Of a DNA stretch of 64,000 bases, positions 35,518-45,089 are shown in pieces. A program made the position numbers and the translations under genes. The first letter of the stretch is position 1. The number at the start of each line of letters is the position of its first letter. Where the stretch lies: sequence record ON529852.1; one strand, written 5' to 3'. Below the pieces are notes generated by a model. That model had not been told where the DNA came from, did not search any database, and was given only the letters and a program-made list of their open reading frames with translations.

Positions 35518-35955
35518 TTATCCAATACGGAAGACGATGCGTTCGACGCCGAGCGCCCGCATCTGGTGAAGGTCAGAGAAGTAGGCCTCGCCCAGGTGTT
35601 CGCGCACCGACATGGACACGCCGGCGTCAGGCGGCCGCTGATTGACGAAGGTCTGATCGTAGTCGAACGCCAGCATCTCCTCCAGCGTCAGCCAGGACTT
35701 GACCCCGTCCCCGAGATCGTAGACGTCGGCCCAGGCGGTCCAGCGGGCGAACCCGCCCATCTCGTAGGGCGGTTCGTCGGGCCAGTCGGCGGGCAGGTGC
35801 CGGGGCTCTGCGATGCTGGGCGCGGCCGCGTAGTTGCGTTGGTTCGCCAGGACGCCGAAGATGTCATAGGCGCCCCATACCGGATCGAACGTGATCGGCT
35901 CCCAGACCCCGGCGCCGTTACGGCGTTGTGCGACCAGTTTGAGAGAGGCGCTCAC
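35518..35955 (-). CDS. Conserved-type phage protein
   Basis: YDIFGVLANQRN..PR.LP.D..SWLTLEE..FDY..RIVF pattern. Confidence 0.65.
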   Translation of the reverse strand: MSASLKLVAQRRNGAGVWEPITFDPVWGAYDIFGVLANQRNYAAAPSIAEPRHLPADWPDEPPYEMGGFARWTAWADVYDLGDGVKSWLTLEEMLAFDYDQTFVNQRPPDAGVSMSVREHLGEAYFSDLHQMRALGVERIVFRIG

Positions 35956-36548
35956 GACACCATATCCGCAAGCACCGTCTGCGCTTTCCTGTATTCGATC
36001 TCCAGGAGCCCGGCGATGTGGGCCTCAGGATCGTATTGAAGGGCGAAGTCCGGGTGGAACCAGAACCGGGCATGGTTGGAAATCCCGTCCGGCTCGCGGT
36101 AGGTCCAGAGCCCGCCATGGCCCTGCATCAGTCCTTCCGACAGGCTGTAGCCGGGGCGCCGCGTGATGCCGTCGAAATGCCCGCCGTCGATGTAGCCGGG
36201 TGTCGCCGCCCCGCCGAACGCAGCGTAGATGGCCTGGAACATGAGACGTTCCTTTTCGGTGGCGTAGCGGATCATGCGGCGGCCTCCCGCGCCAGGAACC
36301 GACGCCGAGCCTCGCGCGCCTTCATCCCGCACTCGGTCGTGATGGAGCCGAACGGCTCACCGACGCCCTCCAGGCAGGCGTCCTCGTCGTTGGCGTAGCG
36401 CGCCAGCGCTTCATCGACCAGGGCCAGTTCGGCCTCCAGAGCCGCGATATGTTGGGCGGCGTCCTTGACCACGGCCGGTCCGCGCCAGTTATCGCAGCCC
36501 AGCTTGCCCGACTTGTCGAGGAAGTAGGCGGCGCGGGGTTTGATCAGA

Positions 36549-37256
36549 TCAGGACCCATAGTCGTCCCCCAGCTTGATTTCCAGGTTGGCGTACAGGTCC
36601 TCGGCGGCGGCCTTGAACCATTCATGTCCGGGCCGGAAGGCGTTGAAGTCGATCTCCGACCCGGTCTCGCGAGGCTGGAGCGCGGCGTTGTGCCAGTTGT
36701 TCGGATCGATGCCGGCCTTGCGCGCCAGGGCGAAAGAGATTTGCCGGATGGCGGCGGGACGTTTGACCATGGAGCCGTGCTCCAGCGCCGACACCATCAC
36801 CTCGACCAGATCGACCAGAGCCATGACCACCGAAGGATCGGCCTCGGCGGCGAAGGCGTTCTCTTCATGCCCGTCGAAGTTGGCGATCCAGTCACCGTTC
36901 TTGTCGGCCAGATAGCCTGCCTCGTTCCCATAGAGCGTGCGGGTGCGTTCGGTATGCTGCCAAGGGGTTGGCGACAGTTCCTGGGCGTCCTGGGCGGCCG
37001 CCCGCAAGCGGCGCAGGCGCGCCCGGTCGATCACGGTGTCGTCGGGTTTGTCCGCTGCGGGCGCGTAGCCGACCTGACGGGCGGCCGCCGGCCCCAGCAC
37101 CAGGGCGTAGTGGCGCGCACAGACATAGGCCGTCAGATTGTGCCGGGAGGGGTGGGGGTCGTCGTGCGGGATTTCCTCGCCGATCTTGGCGACGGCGGGC
37201 GCGCCGCAGCGGCAGGTCTCGCCCTCGCAGGTGCTGGAGATGAAGGGCGCGCTCAC
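36549..37256 (-). CDS. Protein with N-terminal Zn-binding motif and Ea22-like segment
   Basis: CEGETCRCG..C..H, then TPW..IA..NAF.A.ADP.VV.ALVD. Confidence 0.6.
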   Translation of the reverse strand: MSAPFISSTCEGETCRCGAPAVAKIGEEIPHDDPHPSRHNLTAYVCARHYALVLGPAAARQVGYAPAADKPDDTVIDRARLRRLRAAAQDAQELSPTPWQHTERTRTLYGNEAGYLADKNGDWIANFDGHEENAFAAEADPSVVMALVDLVEVMVSALEHGSMVKRPAAIRQISFALARKAGIDPNNWHNAALQPRETGSEIDFNAFRPGHEWFKAAAEDLYANLEIKLGDDYGS

Positions 37257-37792
37257 AGTTCCAGCCCCGCGTCGAACAGCACCGTCTTCGCGCGCTCGAT
37301 TTCGGGCGCGTCTTCCTGGCCCTCGGCCAGCGTGCCTTCGCCGACCGCCCAGTCCATCGTCGGGTAGATGCTTTCCCACGCGGCGCCCCAGTCGTCGCCT
37401 TCGCCGGCGGCGCGCGCCATCTCCATGGCCCACTGCGCCATAGGCAGGACGCCTTGCAGGGCCAGGGCGACTTCACTCGGCGCGGGCACGCCTTTGCTCC
37501 AGCCTTCCAGCGCCAGGGCGTTGCCGCGCACGCGTTCGATCAGGGTGGTGTAGGTCGAGGCGAGCGCACCCGTCTCCTCGGCGTCGAAGCCTTGCAGGAA
37601 GACGTGCAGGTCGCACAGGTCGTTGAAGGTTTCTCGGACGCACTCCGCCTGCACCGCGATGACGGCGCGTGCGCGCTCCAGCGACAGGTCGGTCGTGATG
37701 CCCAGGAACTTCGCCTTCTCGGCCCCCTCGGCGTCGAGGATTTCCCAAGCGAGGGGGTCGATGATGCGGGCGATTCGCTCGGTCGGGGTCAT
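37253..37792 (-). CDS. Hypothetical protein
   Basis: Operon packing. Confidence 0.55.
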   Translation of the reverse strand: MTPTERIARIIDPLAWEILDAEGAEKAKFLGITTDLSLERARAVIAVQAECVRETFNDLCDLHVFLQGFDAEETGALASTYTTLIERVRGNALALEGWSKGVPAPSEVALALQGVLPMAQWAMEMARAAGEGDDWGAAWESIYPTMDWAVGEGTLAEGQEDAPEIERAKTVLFDAGLEL

Positions 37793-38211
37793 GGTTGCGC
37801 GGCCTTCGTGATGTCGTTGCTGCTGGCGGCGTGGAGACGCGGCGCCAGGACGTCTTTGATGGCGTCGTGAATGATGTAGCGGCTTGCTTCGTTGAAACCC
37901 GTGCTGTCCCCATAACAATGGGTCTGGTTGGCGCAGACCTGGATTCCCCATGCGCCGTTCGGCCACCAGATCGCCAGAGAACCGTCGAGCCGGGTGGCGG
38001 TGTGTGGGGTGATGGCCCAGCGTTCAGGGCGGTCACGGATGTCGCGGGCGACCGCCACGGCGGCGGGGTCAGGCTTAAGCCAGAAGGGGTAGATCATACC
38101 CTGGTTCGAGGCGAAAAGGGCGAGACCCGCCACCAACCCAGCCAGACTAAGGAGGGCGAAGGCCCCCGCGAGGGGCGTTCCTGGCGTGCGGGAAGTCTGG
38201 TCCGGCTTCAT
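37789..38211 (-). CDS. Membrane-anchored hypothetical protein
   Basis: N-terminal TM. Confidence 0.55.
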   Translation of the reverse strand: MKPDQTSRTPGTPLAGAFALLSLAGLVAGLALFASNQGMIYPFWLKPDPAAVAVARDIRDRPERWAITPHTATRLDGSLAIWWPNGAWGIQVCANQTHCYGDSTGFNEASRYIIHDAIKDVLAPRLHAASSNDITKAAQP

Positions 38212-38482
38212 GCGGCGTCCTGACGAATCATGGCGGCAGCGCGCCGATAGATGGTGTCGTGCGGCGCGCCTTCATGCGCGGTGCGGTCGATGGTGTCGGC
38301 GATGTAGTCGAGGATGGCAGCGACGGCGTGGCGCTCTTCAGGGGCGTCATGGTCGTTCGCCAGAAGCGGCAGCGCGCGGCGGTAGACGTTGGTGGCGCGA
38401 TAACGCACGTCCATCTGGAGCGCCTTGAAGATGAAGACTTCGGCGATGTCGCCGCAGCGCTGCGGCGTCACATAGACTGGCG

Positions 38483-38860
38483 TCACCGCTGCATATCCTC
38501 AAAGGCGCCGAGACGGCAGCCCGCATGGAAGACCGATCCGTTACGGGTCCGCGCCATGTTGGGCGTCAGGCTTTCAGAGCCAGACATCAGGTACTCGCAA
38601 CCCGTTTCGGGCTGGGTGACGATGTAGAAGGTGTCCGCGTGCCCCGCCGGATACCGGACGGTGAAGGTCCGAACGGCGCCAGGCGCGGGCGCCGTCGTAA
38701 CGGTGCGGCCCAGGGGTTCAGGCTTGGCTTCCGCCGCTGCGGGCGCAGGCCTGCACCCCTCCAGGGCCACGCCCGCGCCGAGCAAGGCCGCCAACATCAA
38801 CACGCTCACGGCGCGGCGTCCGAAGAAGAAGGCGCTCAAGGCGTCAATTGGATCACGCAT
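38483..38860 (-). CDS. Putative lipoprotein
   Basis: Hydrophobic signal ending ALEGC. Confidence 0.55.
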   Translation of the reverse strand: MRDPIDALSAFFFGRRAVSVLMLAALLGAGVALEGCRPAPAAAEAKPEPLGRTVTTAPAPGAVRTFTVRYPAGHADTFYIVTQPETGCEYLMSGSESLTPNMARTRNGSVFHAGCRLGAFEDMQR

Positions 38861-39249
38861 GGCGGCGCCTCCCCAGATAATGAAAGAACAGCCCCACGAC
38901 GACAGCGGTCAGCCCCGCCGTCACCTGGGCCTCGATGGTCAAGACGCGCGTCACGCCGAACAGCGGCAGCCCGGCGTAGACGGCCGCCACTCCCGAGACC
39001 GCCACAAAGAAGAGGGCCGCAGCGAGCGACAGCCCGGCGAAGACGCGGTCGACCATCAGCGCTTGCCGAAGTCCACCGAGATGACGCGACCGGAAACCCC
39101 CATCACCTGGGGATGGCGCTCGCGCATGGCGGCCTTCTGCCGCGCCGCGATGGTCTCGTGGGCCTTGTCGATGGCGCGGGCGGCCTTGGACGCCGGCCGC
39201 AGCAGCGCCCCCAGGGTGTATTCCAGATCGGGTTCGAAGGTGTTGCCCA

Positions 39250-39936
39250 TCAGTCTGCGCTCCTCGCCAGTTCAGCGGCCTCGGCCTCTGCAAATTCCGT
39301 TTCGTCGAACCGATCGCGCAGATAGGTCCGCATTTCCTCACCGACCCGCGACAGGCGCACGCCTTCCGGGGTCATCGGATCGGCGATCACGAGCCCCTTC
39401 ATCTGAAGGTATTTCAGCGTGCGATCGTAACTCATTTCCGGTCGGCTCGACTGCTCGATCGCCTTGGCAAGGCCGACCTCCGGCATCAAGCGGATGACCT
39501 GCCGGACCTCCAGCCCGAGCATGACCGCGCGCCCGTACATCAGCGAATCTTCATCCCGGACGCGCGCGGCCTCGGCGACGGCGTCAGAGGAGCCGCGCAT
39601 GTTCATTTCGGCCAGAGAGCGCAACATGGCGCAGGCGAGGGTATTGGACTGTTCGGCGGCCTCGACCTGTTCGGGGAGAATCCGATACGCCGACCAGACT
39701 TCCATACCGAAGTGGATGTAGTCGCGTCCGCTGTCCGGGTCGATCGTGCCGTCAGAGTTCAAGCCGGCCGATCCCTGGATGCGGAACCGCGCCGTCTGCA
39801 TGAGCGCGCGCCACAGGCGCGCATCCTCCAACGCCGCCAGGACCGTCTCCAGTGCGGCGTAGGGCGGGTTCGCCGAGTTTTCCACGACCGCGCGCAGTTC
39901 GGCTTCGGCGGCGTTCAGGTCGATGGCTTGGGTCAT
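39250..39936 (-). CDS. Hypothetical protein
   Basis: SD GGAGG after promoter 39967. Confidence 0.7.
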   Translation of the reverse strand: MTQAIDLNAAEAELRAVVENSANPPYAALETVLAALEDARLWRALMQTARFRIQGSAGLNSDGTIDPDSGRDYIHFGMEVWSAYRILPEQVEAAEQSNTLACAMLRSLAEMNMRGSSDAVAEAARVRDEDSLMYGRAVMLGLEVRQVIRLMPEVGLAKAIEQSSRPEMSYDRTLKYLQMKGLVIADPMTPEGVRLSRVGEEMRTYLRDRFDETEFAEAEAAELARSAD

Positions 39937-39966
39937 GGGTCCTCCGTGGCGTCGTCACCAGCACGC

Positions 39967-39993
39967 GTAAAGGAACGGCCAGCGACTGTCAAC
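39967..39993 (-). promoter_or_regulatory. Phage-type promoter
   Basis: TTGACA-GTCGCTGGCCG-TTCCTTTAC. Confidence 0.75.
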
Positions 39994-40004
39994 GGTGCTG
40001 ACAA

Positions 40005-40388
40005 TCAGCGCCGTCGTTTTTTAAGGCGGGCCTCGACCAACTGGCGAACGATGTCGGGGTCAGCGGTGAAGGCGCGCTTCAGCGCCCACTTTTCCTCCAG
40101 GGGCCTTGAGCCGGCCTCGGTATTGCAGATGGCGTGGGCGACGACGACGTTTTCCGGCAGGTAGCCGTCGGGGTGGTCCCGTCCCAGCAGATGTTCGATC
40201 GTGCAGATCAACGCGCCGCTGGCGAAGGGCCTGGCGCAGAACCAGCAGACGTCGCCGTCGCGGGCTCGGGCGTTCTCTCTTAGAAAGACGCGATACTCGT
40301 CGCGATGGTGGCGCGGGTTCTTGTCGGACCAGACCCTCATCCCGAGGTGATAGACACGGCGCCACAATAGGGGCGTGGGCAGGGTCAT
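40005..40388 (-). CDS. HNH endonuclease
   Basis: RDGDVCWFC..TIEHL..NVVVAHAICN. Confidence 0.85.
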   Translation of the reverse strand: MTLPTPLLWRRVYHLGMRVWSDKNPRHHRDEYRVFLRENARARDGDVCWFCARPFASGALICTIEHLLGRDHPDGYLPENVVVAHAICNTEAGSRPLEEKWALKRAFTADPDIVRQLVEARLKKRRR

Positions 40389-40726
40389 GCGTGAGGCCGG
40401 CGCGCCTTGATCCGGGCGATGATGTCGGTCATGACAGCCTCGTCGTCGATCCCATGCTTGTCCTTGAGCGCGTTCATGCGCCGGCGCGCTTTCCATTCAG
40501 GCTCGCCGCGTCGCCCTACTTTCGACCGGCGGCGGAAAGTCGGACTGAAGGCGAACAGACAGAAGAACACCACGGCCGCCAGAATCAGGGGAAGCCACAG
40601 GAAGGTCACGGCCAGCAGGCACAGGAACTGGTCCTTCAGGTCCATCATGTGGACCCGGAACCAACTCAGGAGCGCGAGGACCAGGCCGACGCCGATATAG
40701 GCGCCGGCGATGTCGTTCCAGGTCAT
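40385..40726 (-). CDS. Two-TM membrane protein
   Basis: Hydrophobic segments; start MTWNDI. Confidence 0.55.
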   Translation of the reverse strand: MTWNDIAGAYIGVGLVLALLSWFRVHMMDLKDQFLCLLAVTFLWLPLILAAVVFFCLFAFSPTFRRRSKVGRRGEPEWKARRRMNALKDKHGIDDEAVMTDIIARIKARRPHA

Positions 40727-41391
40727 AGGCCCTCCTTGGCGATGCGGTTTTCCAAAAGCTGGAGCAGGTAGAGATAGGCGTCGAAGTCGGTCAGCACCGG
40801 TTGGGTCGGCGTCCCGTCGATCTTCACATGGACCCATTCCGGGTCGTCGCGAGCGGCGTGCGGGCGATTGTCGAAGCGATAGATCATGACGTGCAGGGCG
40901 TGGTGGGCCTTCTCCACCAGCTTGCGCGCTCCCATGCAGGACAGGCTGGCGTAGCTGAAGCGGACATTCGCCTTGTGCGTGTCGCCCATGCCTTTCGGAT
41001 AGCCGAAATTCGTCCCCCAAGGCAGGGTCAGCTTGATCAGGTAAAAGAGGTAGCGCAGCGCCACCAAGTGGCCGCCAAGCAGATTATCCTCATCCATAAT
41101 GAGGACCGTAGACCAGACAGGCCGCCCTTCAAAGCGCGCGGCCTCGTCGTACTCCGGCGCCAAAGAGCGTGGGTTCCGCACCGCCCGAATGCTCAGGCGC
41201 AGGGCCTCCAGAAGCTGCGTGCGGTCCATCGCCTTCAGGACCTTGACCTGATAGGACAGGACGGCGCGTTCCCACGACTCTCGGGGCAGATTGATCACAG
41301 CGTGGAACTCCCGTCTTCGTCCAGATTGTGCCACCACTCGCCGATCGTGCTGCGGCTCAGCGCTTCGATCATTTCGGCGGTCAGGGTGCAC
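40723..41391 (-). CDS. Hypothetical protein (start uncertain, possibly GTG near 41298)
   Basis: Operon packing. Confidence 0.55.
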   Translation of the reverse strand: MHPDRRNDRSAEPQHDRRVVAQSGRRREFHAVINLPRESWERAVLSYQVKVLKAMDRTQLLEALRLSIRAVRNPRSLAPEYDEAARFEGRPVWSTVLIMDEDNLLGGHLVALRYLFYLIKLTLPWGTNFGYPKGMGDTHKANVRFSYASLSCMGARKLVEKAHHALHVMIYRFDNRPHAARDDPEWVHVKIDGTPTQPVLTDFDAYLYLLQLLENRIAKEGL

Positions 41392-41485
41392 CCGGTGCCG
41401 CGTTCGCTGGCGCGCTTCATGCGGCGCAGGGCGTCGCCCTGGAGCCGCTGCACCCGATCGTTCTCCGCTCGCCAGTCCTCCACCA

Positions 41486-42283
41486 TCACCAGTAGGCCGT
41501 GACGCTGCGATGGTCGGGGAAGGTGGCGTTGAGCCAGGCCAGGGCCTCGGCCTTCAGCGGCGCTTCGGCGATCTCGTGGTCGCGGTAGGCCATGGGCTCG
41601 CACTGGTAGGTGCCGGTCTCGAACACGAAGACGTCGCAGGCGCGATCCTTGACCCCGAAGCCCTTGGCGAAGGCCTGAGGCTGCGGCTGCTGATCATCCG
41701 GCAACGGCACCTCGACCTCGCGCATCTCGTAACGCGGACCGGGCTCGTAACGCTCGCCGTAGTAGCCGTCCACGTCAGGGAAGAAGAGGCCGCGCGCCTG
41801 GACCCACTCGGGATCATAGGAGTCGACATGCCGCGCGCGCGCCTCGTCCTTGACGCGGACCTTGCGCATGACCTTCTGGGTCAAGGTTTCGGGGCGATGC
41901 AGGCGCCACCAATTCTCGGGGCGCACGTCATCGATCGCGTAGCGGGTCAGGAAGTAGAAGCTGGCGAAGCGGTCATGCCAGGAGCCCTTGTAACCCAGTT
42001 GACCCCGGACGCGTCCCTGAGCGTCCACGGCGTGCGAATACATATAGTGGTCGGTCGACACCAGGCCCCAGCCGGCCGGGGCCGTCACGGCGGTGAACAG
42101 GTCATCGACCGCCTCGCCGATGATGAACCCCAGGGTCTCAAGGTCGACGCGGTTCTCCGCGACCGCGACGAACTCGGTCGGCAGGCGATTCAGGTCGCGC
42201 GGCTTGGTCGCGCGGGTCACCGTGTCCGGACCCGTCAGCAGGGTGGTCAGGGCTTCTTCCTGGATGCTCATCTGGGTCGACAT
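41486..42283 (-). CDS. Hypothetical protein
   Basis: SD GAGGAGG; start MSTQMS downstream of promoter 42314. Confidence 0.7.
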   Translation of the reverse strand: MSTQMSIQEEALTTLLTGPDTVTRATKPRDLNRLPTEFVAVAENRVDLETLGFIIGEAVDDLFTAVTAPAGWGLVSTDHYMYSHAVDAQGRVRGQLGYKGSWHDRFASFYFLTRYAIDDVRPENWWRLHRPETLTQKVMRKVRVKDEARARHVDSYDPEWVQARGLFFPDVDGYYGERYEPGPRYEMREVEVPLPDDQQPQPQAFAKGFGVKDRACDVFVFETGTYQCEPMAYRDHEIAEAPLKAEALAWLNATFPDHRSVTAYW

Positions 42284-42313
42284 CGGGTCCTCCTCGGCGG
42301 TGATCAGAGGCGT

Positions 42314-42340
42314 GTAAAGGAATGTTTTGCGGCGGTCAAG
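42314..42340 (-). promoter_or_regulatory. Phage-type promoter
   Basis: TTGACC-GCCGCAAAACA-TTCCTTTAC. Confidence 0.8.
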
Positions 42341-42430
42341 CCGTAATCGTTGGAGGCCTGCACGCGATCGGCGTATTTGAGCCCCGTGTTGATCAGGGCT
42401 TCCAGATGGTCCTCCATCGTTGAACCTGCC

Positions 42431-42457
42431 GTAAAGGAATGAGATGCGGATGTCAAC
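42431..42457 (-). promoter_or_regulatory. Phage-type promoter (tandem with 42314)
   Basis: TTGACA-TCCGCATCTCA-TTCCTTTAC. Confidence 0.8.
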
Positions 42458-42497
42458 CGGCTCGACATTTGTGTCGATAAGTGTCAGGTAAACCAAC

Positions 42498-43046
42498 ATG
42501 ACCCAGTTGCGCCGCTACCACGTCGATCAGATCGAAATCACCGACCACCGGGAAGCGCGGCTTCCGCAGTCGGACGAATGGGCCTTTCCGATCCTCATCA
42601 ACCACTCCAGGGAGATGGATGCGGCCTACCTCCTGGGGGTTTGGCGCGCCAGCGTGCGGTTGGATGATCGACCGGGGCAGTCGACGCCGCACGACCCGGA
42701 GGCGGTCGCGGCGGCCCTGGAGACCTGGGCGGCGACCTGGAACGGACGGAATTTCCAGAAACGGCTGAACGCCGTCCCCTTCGACGACGACCTGAAAACG
42801 ACGCCAGGCCTGGAGCGGTTGGCGATCACCCTGTTCATCCAGGATCGAGAGTTCGACGGTCCCTACGAGGCCAGCGAAACCGAGGAAGGGAGCGAGATTT
42901 ATCGCGCGGCCGACCCGAACGCCGTCACCCTGGTGACGGTGAACTATCTGGAGGACGAGAGCCTGGAGGACCATCAGGCGCGCGTGGCGGAGGTCGTGCG
43001 CGGCATGACCTGGGCGCTGCAAAACCCCGCGCGATGTCTGGTATAA
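42498..43046 (+). CDS. Hypothetical protein
   Basis: ORF with phage codon bias; divergent from promoter 42431. Confidence 0.65.
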   Translation: MTQLRRYHVDQIEITDHREARLPQSDEWAFPILINHSREMDAAYLLGVWRASVRLDDRPGQSTPHDPEAVAAALETWAATWNGRNFQKRLNAVPFDDDLKTTPGLERLAITLFIQDREFDGPYEASETEEGSEIYRAADPNAVTLVTVNYLEDESLEDHQARVAEVVRGMTWALQNPARCLV

Positions 43047-43177
43047 CGCTGGGTTGTAAACCGTCAGGAAAACTGACAGTTACTGCGCGGAATCTTGACT
43101 TTTAGCCCCTAAAATGGTAACGGTCAAGGCTTGTTCCCTGCCAAAGGGTCCTTGCCTTCCGCCACCTTTCATGGGAG

Positions 43178-43209
43178 CGGCCGGGCCTTTGAGGCTGCGG
43201 CCGTTTTTT
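43178..43209 (+). terminator. Intrinsic terminator
   Basis: CGGCCG-GGCCT(TTG)AGGCT-G-CGGCCG-TTTTTT. Confidence 0.75.
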
Positions 43210-43211
43210 AA

Positions 43212-43493
43212 TTGACGATTCTCGTTCTGGGCGCCCTGGGGCGTCACACCAATCTCCCCGTCAATGAACGGCCCGAGACCACTTTCACCGCCGCCCGCCC
43301 TTCCGCTGATCACCTGATCAGCGCCACGGTGTCGGTCCACATCGCCCCGAGCGGCGAAATCCCCACGTTCGATCACTTCAAGCTGCCCAAGGGCGTCTAT
43401 GCGCGGGTTCGCCTGATGAAGGGCGAGACTCTGGGCTTCCTCGTCGGCGACGGCGAGCCCGACGGCGTCGTCTCCATCACGGAGGCTGTGTGA
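43212..43493 (+). CDS. Hypothetical protein (start uncertain)
   Basis: Overlaps the next gene; phage codon bias in the 3' half. Confidence 0.5.
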   Translation: MTILVLGALGRHTNLPVNERPETTFTAARPSADHLISATVSVHIAPSGEIPTFDHFKLPKGVYARVRLMKGETLGFLVGDGEPDGVVSITEAV

Positions 43494-43891
43494 TGCCCGC
43501 TCTCTCCTACTACATGCACAACCGCCTGGTGAACTGGATGAAGGGGGCCTCGTTCGGCTTCCCGCCCACGGGCCTGCGCTTCGGACTTCTGACGGTCGAA
43601 CCCAGCGCCAACGGCCAGGGCGTCGTCGAGCCGCAGTCGTCTATGGGTTATGCGCGCCAGCCGATCACCCTGACTGACATCGAGCAGGCCAACGGCATCT
43701 CTTCGGTCAAGAACGTCCAGCCTCTGGTGTTCGGACCCGCCACTGGCAACTGGCCGGCGCTGACCTGGGGCGCGATCTTCGACCAGGACGGCAACCTGCT
43801 GCTGCACGGCGCCCTGGCGGCGTCCCGTGTCGCCCCCACGGGAGATTCCATCTCCTTCGGCGCTGGCGCGATCCAGTTCCGCCTGAAGTAA
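43490..43891 (+). CDS. Virion structural protein of a type seen in phage tail-fibre modules
   Basis: ALSYY..NRL.NW..G, YARQ.I, N...LVF..AT..W and GD.ISF.AGAI pattern. Confidence 0.7.
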   Translation: MMPALSYYMHNRLVNWMKGASFGFPPTGLRFGLLTVEPSANGQGVVEPQSSMGYARQPITLTDIEQANGISSVKNVQPLVFGPATGNWPALTWGAIFDQDGNLLLHGALAASRVAPTGDSISFGAGAIQFRLK

Positions 43892-43892
43892 C

Positions 43893-44264
43893 ATGGCGAC
43901 GCTTGAGGGTCGTCTGGGCATCAACATCGAGGTGGACCTTGCGCTCGCCTCGGTGATGATCCGTCGCGGGGCGTGTGAGATGGACGGCTCCGTCGAGGTG
44001 AACTTTGTGGGTGAGGTCGGCCGCGCCGCCGCCTTCAGTCCCCTCTTCACTGTCGATGGCGACCCGAACTGGTTCAACGCCATCGGCTGGGCCACTGACC
44101 GCGCCGGACCCATCACCCACGCCTTCGGCGCCATCGACGACGGCGTCCCGCTCTGCACCGCCTACGAATTCGATACCGGCCCCGTCGTCTATGCCGAAGG
44201 CGGGGGCGGACCCGTCCCTGATCCCGGCGACCTCACCCTTCTTTTCGACAACCGCCTGATCTAG
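43893..44264 (+). CDS. Putative structural protein
   Basis: Module context; C-terminal DPGDLTLLFDNRL resembles the DPDTDLVAVF..AL end of the next gene. Confidence 0.6.
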   Translation: MATLEGRLGINIEVDLALASVMIRRGACEMDGSVEVNFVGEVGRAAAFSPLFTVDGDPNWFNAIGWATDRAGPITHAFGAIDDGVPLCTAYEFDTGPVVYAEGGGGPVPDPGDLTLLFDNRLI

Positions 44265-44282
44265 TCGGTCCGGAGTTCCCCC

Positions 44283-45086
44283 ATGTCCACGCTTACGGTC
44301 CGTCTACAGGACCTCACCACCCGCATCGCCACGGAATGCAAGGCGATCCGCACGTTGATGAACGGCAATGCGGCGTCCAATAGCGCCTTGCTGACGACGG
44401 CCAAGTCCAACCTCCTGGCGGCGATCAACGAACTGCACACCCGCCTGGCGTCCGCCGAAGGCGCGCTGGGTGGAAAGGCCACGATCGACGATGAACTGTC
44501 GAGTCTGACGACGACCTTCTCGTCGAGCAAGATCAGCAACCTGATCAGCGCCAAGCCGTCGATCAACGACAGCGCGGCGTCGGCCACCACCGTCTACTCT
44601 TCGTCCAAGACGGTCACGCTGATCGACGCCAAGGCGGCCATCAATGACGCCACGGGCTCGTCGGCGACCGAGACCTATTCGATCGACAAGATCAAGGCCG
44701 AGATCGCCGCCGCCGTCGGCGCCGTGGACGCCGGCGAAGTCATCAACGACGCCCTCTCTTCCTCGACCACCCGGACCTACTCGATCGACAAGATCAAGTC
44801 GGAACTGTCGGCGACCGCCATCGCCGTCAAGGATGAAATCCTGGGCGGCGCCGGCGCGGCCTATGATACGCTGAAGGAACTGCAAGACCTGCTGATCGCC
44901 GCCGACGGCGACCTGACGGCCTTCAACACCGCGCTCGCCAACCGGGTGCGCACCGACATCAACAATCAGAACCTGACGGCGCTCCAGAAGCAGAACGCCC
45001 GCACCAACATCGACGCTTACGGCTCGCAGGAACTGGGCGACCCCGACACCGACCTCGTGGCGGTGTTCGTCGCCGCCCTGGTCTAA
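44283..45086 (+). CDS. Fibre-like protein with four IND..S.T..YS..KI repeats
   Basis: Ser/Thr-rich ~26-aa repeats; YDTLKELQD.L and QKQNARTNI motifs. Confidence 0.75.
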   Translation: MSTLTVRLQDLTTRIATECKAIRTLMNGNAASNSALLTTAKSNLLAAINELHTRLASAEGALGGKATIDDELSSLTTTFSSSKISNLISAKPSINDSAASATTVYSSSKTVTLIDAKAAINDATGSSATETYSIDKIKAEIAAAVGAVDAGEVINDALSSSTTRTYSIDKIKSELSATAIAVKDEILGGAGAAYDTLKELQDLLIAADGDLTAFNTALANRVRTDINNQNLTALQKQNARTNIDAYGSQELGDPDTDLVAVFVAALV

Positions 45087-45089
45087 GCG

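Noticed and set aside
43114-43215. 33-codon leader peptide before the 43178 terminator
   Set aside because: Its ATG lies upstream of the -10 of the only promoter seen, and it has no informative codon cluster
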